Origin: an uncultured Candidatus Saccharibacteria bacterium
GTDB taxonomy: Bacteria > Patescibacteriota > Minisyncoccia > Phycocordibacterales > JACOZG01
Length of the DNA stretch: 64,000 bases
Assembly: GCA_964648765.1 (NCBI GenBank)
Contig: CAZYLF010000001.1
Span: forward strand, 79,042-143,041
Direction of reading: 5' to 3'
Positions 29,255 to 38,468 of this stretch are shown one piece after another. Each line of letters opens with the position of its first letter. Position 1 is the stretch's first letter. The notes under the pieces are model-generated. The model did not search any database. It saw nothing but the letters and a program-made list of their open reading frames with translations, and was not told the DNA's origin. Both the position numbers and the translations under genes were made by a program.

Positions 29255-29896
29255 TTAGGCCTCCTCTCGTTTGTTCCTTGTGCCAAGAAAGTCCGCCATC
29301 AAGTCTTCCGGCGAGGCGTTCTCGGTGACCACTGGTGGAGCCGGCGCTTCTTGGGGATTTTCTTTTTGAACATTACTACTCGTGCCTTCCACGCGGAGTG
29401 AATGCTCATACTCAAATATCCAAGTGATAAAGCGGTTCCACTGGTTCTTAACCCACGAGCTGCTGCGCTCGTATTGCCTTTGACCCGACTTTACGAGGTC
29501 GTAATCGCCAGCATTGAAACGCTTCTCATAATCTCCAATGACCTCAAACACATTTACTCGTCTCCCCCACAAACGGAGGAAGATTGGCCCAGTGAGAAAC
29601 CCGAAGGCAATCACCAGGATTCCAAAGAGCCAAATGAAGAAGCCGTTAAGCATCCCCACCTCAGAGAAGATCGAAATAAGAAGAATGAATTTTGTCGAGA
29701 GGATAGTGGCCGTCATAAAACGAAAACTCACCGGCCTCTGACAAATAAACCCTTTCTCACTCGTCTTCGCTAGACCCTCAGTGCTGATTCCGCACCACCA
29801 GTTGTACCACTTTACGCCCCTCTTTCGATCCAGAGCGTAAAGGGTCCAAGCCACGCCAAGATATATAATCATCCAGACTATCAATGCACCGTTCAT
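29255..29896 (-). CDS. Three-TM membrane protein (operon gene 5)
   Basis: ATGA overlap with the upstream stop; AAGGAG SD. Confidence 0.75.
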   Translation of the reverse strand: MNGALIVWMIIYLGVAWTLYALDRKRGVKWYNWWCGISTEGLAKTSEKGFICQRPVSFRFMTATILSTKFILLISIFSEVGMLNGFFIWLFGILVIAFGFLTGPIFLRLWGRRVNVFEVIGDYEKRFNAGDYDLVKSGQRQYERSSSWVKNQWNRFITWIFEYEHSLRVEGTSSNVQKENPQEAPAPPVVTENASPEDLMADFLGTRNKREEA

Positions 29897-31149
29897 ACAT
29901 GTCTCCTTGGCTTTAAGCCACCGGTCAGGAGCTTCCTGACCGTCCATGTTTTTTGCGCGTCTGGCCACACGCCATAACTTGCAAAAAACGTTTCCTTATC
30001 GTACGCGTGCCAGTTGGTCACCAACGTTGGTGCCACTCGGCAGATGAGCTTCCACACTACCTCAGCCTGAGTTACTGCGAGTGAGCTTTTGGGTCGCCCT
30101 AGTAACCAACGCATCCGTAGCGATAGTCGCTCGAGGTTGATCTCCTCACCGTTCGCCAACTTCTTCTCCAGTCTTTCCAAGGTGGAGTATTCTGGGGGGA
30201 GATGATGGCGAAATTCCATGACCAAACCTTTTTGCTGAGCTCCGTTTAATTTGCTGAAGTCAATCTCGGCATTTTGGCCACTGTATAAAGTAGCAACCAA
30301 AATTGCTTCACGCATTTCTTCAAGAACCCACAGGTTTTGTCGATACCAATCCAGTGGAATTTCCACCAAACCAAGATCGACCATTTGGGCAAAAAGTGTT
30401 TTGTCGTTTCGACTTAACACCTTGCCGCCCGCCACTTTTCGCTTTTTTTCAGCCTCGTTTGTTACTAGGAGCATATTTTGGCTTCCATGGCGGAAGACAA
30501 ATACTCCACCGAACGCCACCGTGTAATAAGCGGCAAGCTCGGTAAACTCTCGAGACACTTCAAGCTTAGGGTTGAAGCGGAGATCACCAAATTTTTTCCC
30601 ACTCTCAAGCAATTGTTGTCTGAGATTAGGGTTTGACCAATCGCCGGCTTCTCCCACAAAGCGTTTCACTAGTGCTCGTTGAGCGCTAGCTTCCTCGATC
30701 ATCCCAAGTGTGTCCGAGAGATTTACTCTCACCGACTTAACCGTGGCTAAGTCGGCAAGCTTCTTCAGTTCAGATACACCTGGATCAATTTGGATAATCA
30801 TCCCAGCGTCACGAGTGACGCGGGTGATTGCTCCCTCACTGCCAGTTAGGACGTTGGCCAGCACCGCCCGCTCAAATGAATAAGTCGGGTTGAAAACTGG
30901 TTTTCCGCCTTGCTCCGGAGTGAGCACGATGGCAAATTGCACTGCGCCATCGTGTGAGAGGTAGTTGGGGTCCTCTTTTTCTTCTGCAATTTGAGGGCTC
31001 CAACCGCGCCCGTCAATCTGAAATCCGGTGAGATTTGTTTTGGTTAACCCAAGTTCGGCGAGGCATTTATTATACCTCTCCACCAAAACTTGGTTGTTAA
31101 CGTCTACCAAGCCTCCACCGTAAAATCCATGTTCTCGAAGACTATCCAT
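29893..31149 (-). CDS. DUF6638-like protein (operon gene 4)
   Basis: LVERYNKCL..LG...T.LT.FQIDGRGWSPQIAEE..DPNYL motif recognised from memory; TAATG coupling. Confidence 0.7.
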   Translation of the reverse strand: MDSLREHGFYGGGLVDVNNQVLVERYNKCLAELGLTKTNLTGFQIDGRGWSPQIAEEKEDPNYLSHDGAVQFAIVLTPEQGGKPVFNPTYSFERAVLANVLTGSEGAITRVTRDAGMIIQIDPGVSELKKLADLATVKSVRVNLSDTLGMIEEASAQRALVKRFVGEAGDWSNPNLRQQLLESGKKFGDLRFNPKLEVSREFTELAAYYTVAFGGVFVFRHGSQNMLLVTNEAEKKRKVAGGKVLSRNDKTLFAQMVDLGLVEIPLDWYRQNLWVLEEMREAILVATLYSGQNAEIDFSKLNGAQQKGLVMEFRHHLPPEYSTLERLEKKLANGEEINLERLSLRMRWLLGRPKSSLAVTQAEVVWKLICRVAPTLVTNWHAYDKETFFASYGVWPDAQKTWTVRKLLTGGLKPRRHV

Positions 31150-33140
31150 TAGGCTTCTCCTTTCGCCGTAAGTCTCCTCCTTACTTCTTCTTGAACACCA
31201 AAGGCTTCAATTTGTGCATCAATCGTGCGTTCACGACCGACGTTGGCAATTTCTGCCATGGCATTTAAGTAGCGAACCGTCTCTCGCAAACGAATGTCAG
31301 CGAAAGATAGCCCCTTCATATTGCCCCGCATTAAGTCCTTCAGCATCTCCACCTTAACTTGGTAGTCTTGATGAAAAAATACTTCCGGCTGGTTAAACCA
31401 GTTTTCCGGTAGGTCGAAGTCCATAACACGAGTTTGCACTGCTTGTTGGATGTTACGCACATCCCGTGAAGTGAAGAACGGATACAACTGGTGAATCTCC
31501 GTGAAAAGAGTGGCAAAAAAGCCATGGCTGTTTAAGTCATATCTTTCTCGCATCTTACGGTAAATCACCCGAATCCGTTCATCATTTGGTTCTCCTAGTT
31601 CACCTTCGCGCACCAGAAGATTTTTTACTTCCTTCTGATCATCCAAGTAATTGTAACCTGGGATGTCTGTCATGTTGACGAACTTGGGATCAACTTTTTG
31701 GAGCTTGCGCCACCATAGGTGATCCTGATCGCCAAAGTCATGCACTGTTGTCGCTCCGTTAATTGGGAAGCGATCTTGAATTCGCGAGAGCACTGCCTTG
31801 TCGATTTGCTCGGGCAAGTTGGTGAAAATAATAATCACCGTGTTCCCGCGGATCAATGCGTAAGCGCCTTCAGTATACCGAAGGAAGACGCCGATCACTT
31901 CTCTCACACCGGCACTGACGCCGTTCCGGGTTCGCTCTTCAAGATTATTTTCCCCATCGTCGATGGGAGCAAAGATAACTTTGTCTGGATCTTGAAGACG
32001 CTTCATCCAGTCGAGCATCCGTTCGGCTGACCCACCTTGAAATGTGGAAACCACATTGTCGGGTAGAGGCCAGAAGAGAAATGGGATTTCAATCTTTTCA
32101 CACAGGTCATGAAGTAACGTGGCCGTAGCCGAGATCTGCATCGTTTTACCTGTGCCAGGCTTCCCATAGCCCATTTGCACCATGGGGAAGCCGCCGAGAT
32201 CAAGAAAGGGGTTTCGTTGTTGTTTGAGATCATAACAAGCCAACCGGCTAGCAAGTCGCCTCGCTGCATGCTTGGCCGCTTGATTACCCACAATGTCACC
32301 GAAACCTACTCGATTGAACTCTACACTAACGCCCGCCGTGTGCTTTTTTACCTCGAAACCTTCTACAGTGAAGTCAGTTTCAGCTAACTGATAACTGACA
32401 TTTGTAAAAGCATCGACATACTTAAGCGAGGGCAAGCGCAACTTGATCTCGTTCATCATGGCTTCGCTAAAGCGAATACCCATGCGCACCATAGCAAGGT
32501 CACTTTTGACCAAGCCAGTGCGTTCCGGATCAAGATAAGCCGCCAAGTAAAAGGTGAAGCACTTAAGTGCTCCCGGGATGGTTTGGAGGTCTACCTCAGG
32601 GATCCCATGGAATTCCATGTTGATCATTGAGACTTTGTCCTCTTTGTAACCACTGAGTTTCCAATTGATATAAGCCGCGGCGCTAAAGACTGCAACAGCA
32701 CTTGCGGTGATACCTTTGGCTTGGAGCTCATCCTTTTGGTCTTGGGTTAACTGTCCGGCACCTGCCAATTTGCGTAGTTCTGTTGATCCAACCGCTTTGA
32801 GATACTGCTCGGCTAAGTAAAAGCCGACACTCAAACCAGTTTGGATTGTGATCAACACAAAGTTGGCGTCTTCACTCAATAAACTTTGCCCACCACTTAA
32901 GGTTTGGGCAGTTTTCATGAGTGAAAGCTTTTCGATTTTTGGTGAGCCACTCGCCATTGCGGGGCGCCAAGCGGGAGCATTGCCATTTGGGCCTGCACCT
33001 TTTTGCGCCGCGTTATGTTGAGTATCCCACTCCGTTTTTGGAGCCCACTCCACCGAGGTTAGAAGTCCAAAGGCAATTTGCTTTTGGGTAACTAAATCCT
33101 TGGGATGAATGGGGAAGTGAGAACCGCTAGGAGACTGCAT
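31149..33140 (-). CDS. Classical-clade AAA+ ATPase with long N-terminal domain (operon gene 3)
   Basis: Walker A GKPGTGKT, Walker B IFAPIDDGE, sensor-1 FTN, SRH DKAVLSRI; GGAGG SD. Confidence 0.85.
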   Translation of the reverse strand: MQSPSGSHFPIHPKDLVTQKQIAFGLLTSVEWAPKTEWDTQHNAAQKGAGPNGNAPAWRPAMASGSPKIEKLSLMKTAQTLSGGQSLLSEDANFVLITIQTGLSVGFYLAEQYLKAVGSTELRKLAGAGQLTQDQKDELQAKGITASAVAVFSAAAYINWKLSGYKEDKVSMINMEFHGIPEVDLQTIPGALKCFTFYLAAYLDPERTGLVKSDLAMVRMGIRFSEAMMNEIKLRLPSLKYVDAFTNVSYQLAETDFTVEGFEVKKHTAGVSVEFNRVGFGDIVGNQAAKHAARRLASRLACYDLKQQRNPFLDLGGFPMVQMGYGKPGTGKTMQISATATLLHDLCEKIEIPFLFWPLPDNVVSTFQGGSAERMLDWMKRLQDPDKVIFAPIDDGENNLEERTRNGVSAGVREVIGVFLRYTEGAYALIRGNTVIIIFTNLPEQIDKAVLSRIQDRFPINGATTVHDFGDQDHLWWRKLQKVDPKFVNMTDIPGYNYLDDQKEVKNLLVREGELGEPNDERIRVIYRKMRERYDLNSHGFFATLFTEIHQLYPFFTSRDVRNIQQAVQTRVMDFDLPENWFNQPEVFFHQDYQVKVEMLKDLMRGNMKGLSFADIRLRETVRYLNAMAEIANVGRERTIDAQIEAFGVQEEVRRRLTAKGEA

Positions 33141-34254
33141 AGATTCCTCCTTCCGAGGTGTAAGTGACGTGTTGATAAGTCTTGTAAGACTCACGGAACT
33201 CGTCGTGATGACCAATTTGCTGCAACAAATGATGCGGCAAAATGATCACCGACTGAACCTGGCTGGAGTAGCGGCCAGTGGAAATCTCCATACTGGGGGA
33301 AATGGCAAAAATCTGCTTTACCAATTTCCGGCCGTTGATGAGGTCTAACCAACTCCAAGGCTCTTTTGACTCGCCTTTGGAGTAAATCATCTCTGCATCA
33401 AGTTTTAGTACAAAATCATCCACTTTGCCGAACTCGCTAAGCCATTTACCGATTGGACTTTGATTATCACCCGAGCAAAAGCGCGGACAAATAATTGGTC
33501 CAATCTGTACTCGTTTGATGATCTTAGGGAAAACATGCGGATGTTCATCGTCAATGGAAGTGCCAAGCACCGCCAGAGACGTAGTTCCGCGGTTGCCGTA
33601 CTTACGAACAACCTCGAATATTTCCCCGTAATCATTTTTGAGTTCGAGATGCGTACCATGATAGTCAAACGCCATAATGTACACAAAAGGCACATTGAGG
33701 GTTCGGTCATAACACGCCCAAGAGATAAGACAGCCCAACTTACCACGTGCCTCGCCTACCACGGCAATTTCACCGGGTGAGAAAGGGAGTAACATTGAGT
33801 TCTCATGTAAGCTCTCCAAAAATTGCCGTTTGGCCATTTGTGGTAAGAGCTCAACCGGATCGCGCCCGCGGACTAAAAGTTCTTCAAGCGCCATCTCCTC
33901 GTAAACCCGCCGGCTTGGCAAGTCTACGAGTCGCTCCTCCTTAAGATCAAAATCACTTTCTAACTCGGCAACGCCGAGGTAGTGTGGCAAACCGGAATCG
34001 TTAAGATCCAGTACCAAGTGATCCGATTGATTGAAGAGATGTTTCCACCGGAGCACGCCGACCGTATAAAGCAGTCGGTCTAAATATCCGGCTACGATTT
34101 TTGCCTCCACATCGCCACCGGTAGCCAACTTCTGGTACCAAGTGCGAAGGAATGCAAAAACGCGATTTAAGTGAGCGAAGTATTTGGCATAATCCTCACT
34201 GCTAGTGAGTCGGCAACAATCGCTGACTCCCCGTAACTCGTCGAGTGTCTGCAT
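33127..34254 (-). CDS. Conserved hypothetical protein (operon gene 2)
   Basis: 375 aa; AAAAGGAG SD; overlaps the ATPase start. Confidence 0.8.
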   Translation of the reverse strand: MQTLDELRGVSDCCRLTSSEDYAKYFAHLNRVFAFLRTWYQKLATGGDVEAKIVAGYLDRLLYTVGVLRWKHLFNQSDHLVLDLNDSGLPHYLGVAELESDFDLKEERLVDLPSRRVYEEMALEELLVRGRDPVELLPQMAKRQFLESLHENSMLLPFSPGEIAVVGEARGKLGCLISWACYDRTLNVPFVYIMAFDYHGTHLELKNDYGEIFEVVRKYGNRGTTSLAVLGTSIDDEHPHVFPKIIKRVQIGPIICPRFCSGDNQSPIGKWLSEFGKVDDFVLKLDAEMIYSKGESKEPWSWLDLINGRKLVKQIFAISPSMEISTGRYSSQVQSVIILPHHLLQQIGHHDEFRESYKTYQHVTYTSEGGIYAVS

Positions 34255-34287
34255 CGATATTCTCCTTTTTTGTTTGGGTAGTAAGAC

Positions 34288-34321
34288 AAAAAAAGGGAGG
34301 GGAGCATAACACACCCCTCCC
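34288..34321 (-). terminator. Internal terminator after the coiled-coil gene
   Basis: GGGAGGGG/CCCCTCCC stem plus U7. Confidence 0.7.
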
Positions 34322-34351
34322 CGTAAGTTTTACTTCCCGCCAACTAGACCG

Positions 34352-35656
34352 CTAGTTGGTGTTTTGGTAGCTGAAGATCGAGCTCGCGCTCGCCTTCACT
34401 CCATAGTGCTTGCTGAAAGCCTCAAAGGCTTTGGCTTCACGCTCACGCATGAGAGCCGCAGCCTCTGCTTGCCCCGCCGCTGCGTTAGCGATACGAGCCA
34501 AACGTTCGGGATGGTCCTCCACCATTTGCTGGCGGACCTCATCAGAGGCGGCTCCAAATCGAGCCATAGCTTCAGCATTACGCGCATCAATTTCTGTCCC
34601 GATTTTGTCGAGACCTCGCGCCACTTGCTGATCAGCCACACCCTTCATACCCTCTAAGCGGCTGGTATAAGTTACCAATCGCTCTTGAGTGTCAGACTTC
34701 AAAACCATCATCCAGGCTCGCTGGTTGTCGCGCAGTTTGCGCTGTGCCAGTTCGTGGATGGCTAGTTCTGCCGCGAAACGTTCTTTGGACTGATACAGAA
34801 CAAAGACGACATTTCGCTGTCCGCGGAGTTCCTCCATCTCGTTTCGGAGTTTGGTGACCTCTGTTTCCTTGGCCACATAGGCCGCGGTTCCATTGGTGAG
34901 CCCCGCCATCTCCATTTCAGCAAGTTTGACCTTGCTTTCTGTGTCCGAGAGAGCTTTGTCCAACATCTCGAGCTTCTTCGCTGCCTCTTCCTTCACTCCC
35001 AACGCTTCGATCAAGCGGTGAGCCACCTTGACTCGTTCGCTTTCAATCGTGACCGAGCGCGCTTCCATAATCTTGAGCGCTCTGAGCACTTGGGTGGTGA
35101 ATGTCTGAAGTGACTTCTCCATGTTTGACGACATCAGACGCTTGCGATACAAACGCGCTGATTCCGCTTTGGCATGCTGGAGGCCTGACTCGCAGGTTGC
35201 GAGATAGTTTTGGGCAGCAGCAATTCGCTTGCTTTTGAACCAAAAACCGCTCTCGGCCTTTGACAGAGCTTCCTTTGCTTTTTGCAAAGCAAACTCAGCT
35301 CTGGTGACCATCCCCCTTTCTTCGGGTGAGGCTTCAGCCAGGCCCGTCCACTCAAAGCCCATTTTGTTCATGAGTTCGCGGAGTCCGAGAACCGCTTGCG
35401 CTAAGTCCCCCTCCTCCTTCTCCATGTCGGCGCGTAGTGCTTCCACGTTCGCCTTCACAGTCTTGACTCTCATTTCACGAGCGTTGGCCTCCTTCACTTT
35501 CATTGCTTCCTCAAGATCAGTCTCCATTTTGTCGAGACGATCCGTGATGTTCACATCTGGAGTTTTGTGCTCCAGATTAGTAAGCAAGCCGAAGGTGTCA
35601 GTCTGAAGCTCCTTTAGCAGATCCTCTGCTGTCCGCGCCTTTACTGCAGTTTCCAT
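34352..35656 (-). CDS. Long all-helical coiled-coil protein (operon gene 1)
   Basis: 434 aa A/E/K/L/M-rich heptads, no TM; AAAAGGAG SD. Confidence 0.85.
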   Translation of the reverse strand: METAVKARTAEDLLKELQTDTFGLLTNLEHKTPDVNITDRLDKMETDLEEAMKVKEANAREMRVKTVKANVEALRADMEKEEGDLAQAVLGLRELMNKMGFEWTGLAEASPEERGMVTRAEFALQKAKEALSKAESGFWFKSKRIAAAQNYLATCESGLQHAKAESARLYRKRLMSSNMEKSLQTFTTQVLRALKIMEARSVTIESERVKVAHRLIEALGVKEEAAKKLEMLDKALSDTESKVKLAEMEMAGLTNGTAAYVAKETEVTKLRNEMEELRGQRNVVFVLYQSKERFAAELAIHELAQRKLRDNQRAWMMVLKSDTQERLVTYTSRLEGMKGVADQQVARGLDKIGTEIDARNAEAMARFGAASDEVRQQMVEDHPERLARIANAAAGQAEAAALMREREAKAFEAFSKHYGVKASASSIFSYQNTN

Positions 35657-35887
35657 ACAGGTTTTCTCCTTTTCTTCCAAAAATCCTATATTTTGACCCA
35701 CCTACAAGGTGGGCCTATTCGATTGTCAAAAAACAATCACTACTGTCTATATACCTAGCACAATCCGTTTGATTTGTCAACCCATGCTCCATGTTGTATT
35801 TTTATCAATATATCTCGAAAATAATTAAAAAATTTTTGTAAAAATTTTTTCTAATAAATAAATAATAATGACCTGTGGATAACTTAC

Positions 35888-35916
35888 TTGTCCTTTACAA
35901 TGTCTTTTATTAAACT
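35888..35916 (+). promoter_or_regulatory. Promoter of the candidate ncRNA
   Basis: TTGTCC-17-TAAACT. Confidence 0.5.
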
Positions 35917-35922
35917 ATAGGA

Positions 35923-36117
35923 CAGGTACGATTTGATCTTTGAAAAGGCTGACGAATCCGGAGGCCGGCTATGTCCTTTTAAATCATTTTTGTTTGCCCC
36001 ACTACAATGGTAAACAAAAGGCTAGTCTCCCCTGATATCGGGCCATCCAACCCCAAATAGGGTTGATAAATATAAATAATCCGCCCAAAAACACTCCACG
36101 TTTCGGGCGGATTTTTT
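35923..36117 (+). ncRNA. Candidate structured non-coding RNA (~190 nt)
   Basis: Promoter, GATCTTTGAAAA, long irregular hairpin 35947-36044, second hairpin, terminator; longest ATG-initiated ORF is 17 aa. Confidence 0.45.
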
Positions 36118-36141
36118 GTTCCTAAAAGTTTCCCGTGTAAC

Positions 36142-37623
36142 CTATTTTACCCAGTGTTTATCGCGGATTTTCTTGATTTCCTCGCTCTCAATCTCCTCTT
36201 TCTTCTCTTTGCCTTTCTCTCCTAATTCTTTTAATTTAATATCTTCTAGTTTGCTTAACTCTTTCGCTTTGTTAGTTAAATATTCCTGATTGTTTAATTC
36301 TGGGTTATCTAAAGTTTCTTCAAGTAATGCGTGCAGAATGTAACCAATCTTCGGACTTGGATTTAAACCTGTTTCACGTATAACATCCTCCCCTTTTATC
36401 TTAAGCATCGCCACGGAAGTTGGCGCTCGCAAAGCCTCATCAATCATTGATTCATACTTCCTTAAGCGGTAAGGACTCTCTTTTGGTCGGCCCATGCCGA
36501 TACGATCGCAGTTGCGCACCTTCATTAAGTCCCAGATCTCCTCTCTACCCACATTCCTAATTATCCTTCTGACTGCCGAAAGGGTAATTTTATCAATATC
36601 AGTGAAGAACATGTGGTTCCTCACCAATTTTGTTACCAATTCCGTCGTTTCACGTGAAAACTTAAGTCGCTTAAGTATATTTTCAGCCATTTTTGCACCA
36701 ACTACGTCGTGACCGTAGAAGGTATAGTCATTCTTCTCCTTACTAAACTCTCTGGTGCGGGGCTTACCAATGTCATGGAACAAAGCGGCAAGTCTCACGT
36801 GAAACGCAAAGTCCTTGTCGGCCGAATGCTGGGCTACTCGCAAGGTATGCTCCCAAACATCATAGATATGGTCACCGTTTTGCTTCATTCCGATCCCCTC
36901 CTCAAGCTCAGGCATAAACTCCTTTAACGCTCCAGCTTTGTGGAGTAAAATGATCCCGATCATTAGGTTTTTTGACATCAAAAGCTTTGAAAATTCGTCA
37001 TTAACCCGCTCAACTGCAATCTTTTTTAGAAGTGGGGAGGTTTTTATCATTGCCTCAAAAGTCTCACTGTTTAACGTGAAACCGAGCTCCGCCGCCAGCC
37101 TTATACCCCTCATAATTCTAAGTGGATCCTCCTCAAATCGGTCCTCCGCTTTACCCACTGCTCTTAAGGTCATGTCTTTTAAATCTTGAGCGCCGCCGTA
37201 TGGGTCAATTATTTGACCTATAAGAGGCGTAAAGGCCATGGCATTGATCGTAAAGTCCCGACGTCCTAGATCATCCTCAATCTTGTCACTAAACGTCACA
37301 GAGTCAGGATGGCGCTTGTCTGAGTACTTAGCCTCTAATCTAAAAGGCGTGATCTCAATATGCTTTTCAGTTTCATCCCCTGCTTGCTCGTCTACCACAG
37401 TAACGGTGCCGTAGGAATTCTCGTAAAATGTTTTAGGAAAGAGTGAAGCAATCTCTTCTGGCTTTGCGTTGGTGGTGATGTCCCAATCTTTTGGCTTCAC
37501 GTGTAACATTAGGTCGCGCACGCAACCACCAACTAAATAGGCCTTAAAATTGGCTTTTTCAAGGGTGTTTAGGGTCTCAGCGACCCCTTTAGGTATTAAA
37601 AATTGTGTTTTTGACTCCCCCAT
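36142..37623 (-). CDS. cca: CCA-adding tRNA nucleotidyltransferase with HD domain
   Basis: LVGGCVRD, KDWDITT, DLGRRDFTINAMA, EDPLRIMR, LFHDIGKP. Confidence 0.92.
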   Translation of the reverse strand: MGESKTQFLIPKGVAETLNTLEKANFKAYLVGGCVRDLMLHVKPKDWDITTNAKPEEIASLFPKTFYENSYGTVTVVDEQAGDETEKHIEITPFRLEAKYSDKRHPDSVTFSDKIEDDLGRRDFTINAMAFTPLIGQIIDPYGGAQDLKDMTLRAVGKAEDRFEEDPLRIMRGIRLAAELGFTLNSETFEAMIKTSPLLKKIAVERVNDEFSKLLMSKNLMIGIILLHKAGALKEFMPELEEGIGMKQNGDHIYDVWEHTLRVAQHSADKDFAFHVRLAALFHDIGKPRTREFSKEKNDYTFYGHDVVGAKMAENILKRLKFSRETTELVTKLVRNHMFFTDIDKITLSAVRRIIRNVGREEIWDLMKVRNCDRIGMGRPKESPYRLRKYESMIDEALRAPTSVAMLKIKGEDVIRETGLNPSPKIGYILHALLEETLDNPELNNQEYLTNKAKELSKLEDIKLKELGEKGKEKKEEIESEEIKKIRDKHWVK

Positions 37624-37695
37624 TTAAATTATTCTAGCCTAGATTTTGCCGTGTTGCTAATTATCTGTTATATTAGCGAGGCACCGGACAGATTC

Positions 37696-37767
37696 GCTCC
37701 CGTGGTGAAATGGATATCACAACGGTCTTCGGAACCGTTATTGGGGGTTCGAATCCCTCCGGGAGCA
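37696..37767 (+). tRNA. tRNA-Arg(TCG)
   Basis: Acceptor GCTCCCG/CGGGAGC, loop CT-TCG-GA, T-loop GTTCGAATC. Confidence 0.93.
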
Positions 37768-37806
37768 CAGCGACGAAGGGATTCGAGAATCCCCGAGGTA
37801 GCGAAT

Positions 37807-37877
37807 GCGGATATCGTTTAGTGGTAGGACACGTCCTTGCCAAGGATGAGGTGGGAGTTCGATTCTCCCTATCCGCA
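37807..37877 (+). tRNA. tRNA-Gly(GCC)
   Basis: Acceptor GCGGATA/TATCCGC, loop TT-GCC-AA. Confidence 0.93.
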
Positions 37878-38003
37878 CACAATATGTACCTTGTCTCATT
37901 ATTTCCATCAGACAGTCCGTTATAAACCCTTAAAACTGTGGATAACTCTGGGGACAATGGGGATAAAAGACAGTAAAAGTCGTCTTATATGGCTTAAAAT
38001 CGT

Positions 38004-38387
38004 ATGTCCAAGACAGAAAAGCAGCTGACAGGTGATGTTGGGGAAAACCTAGCAGCTATGTTTCTTATGAAACATAATTTCACCATTATTGGCCGTAATT
38101 ACCGTAAAAAGTGGGGTGAGATTGATGTCATTGCTAAGAAGGGGAATGAGATTAGATTTGTGGAAGTGAAGACTGTGATCCGAGATTTTATTAAAGAAGG
38201 GGATTATGAGGCGTCAGATAATGTGCATCCGTGGAAGCTTAAGAGACTTTCACGAGCGATTCAGACATATTTGTTAGAAAATAAAATTAATGAAGATGAA
38301 ATTGATTGGCAGCTTGATGTAATCTCTGTATATTTAAACGGGCGAGGGGAGACTTTAAAAATTGATTGGTTAGAGGATGTGTTTTAA
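38004..38387 (+). CDS. YraN family (UPF0102) nuclease-like protein
   Basis: GENLAAMFL, RNYRKKWGEIDVIA, FVEVK. Confidence 0.9.
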   Translation: MSKTEKQLTGDVGENLAAMFLMKHNFTIIGRNYRKKWGEIDVIAKKGNEIRFVEVKTVIRDFIKEGDYEASDNVHPWKLKRLSRAIQTYLLENKINEDEIDWQLDVISVYLNGRGETLKIDWLEDVF

Positions 38388-38468
38388 GCTTGACTTTTGT
38401 GTTGTTTCTGCTTTAATGTGAAAAGCGAATTTTGTTGTTTGAAATGGTAAATTTGAAAGGAGAAAATC

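Noticed and set aside
18395-35700. Prophage or ICE
   Set aside because: No structural, terminase or relaxase genes and no att repeats were seen.
37770-37803. Hairpin between tRNA-Arg and tRNA-Gly as a separate RNA
   Set aside because: It is adequately explained as a precursor spacer hairpin.
37673-38028. Short ORFs over the tRNA-Arg/Gly genes
   Set aside because: They overlap clear tRNA cloverleaves.
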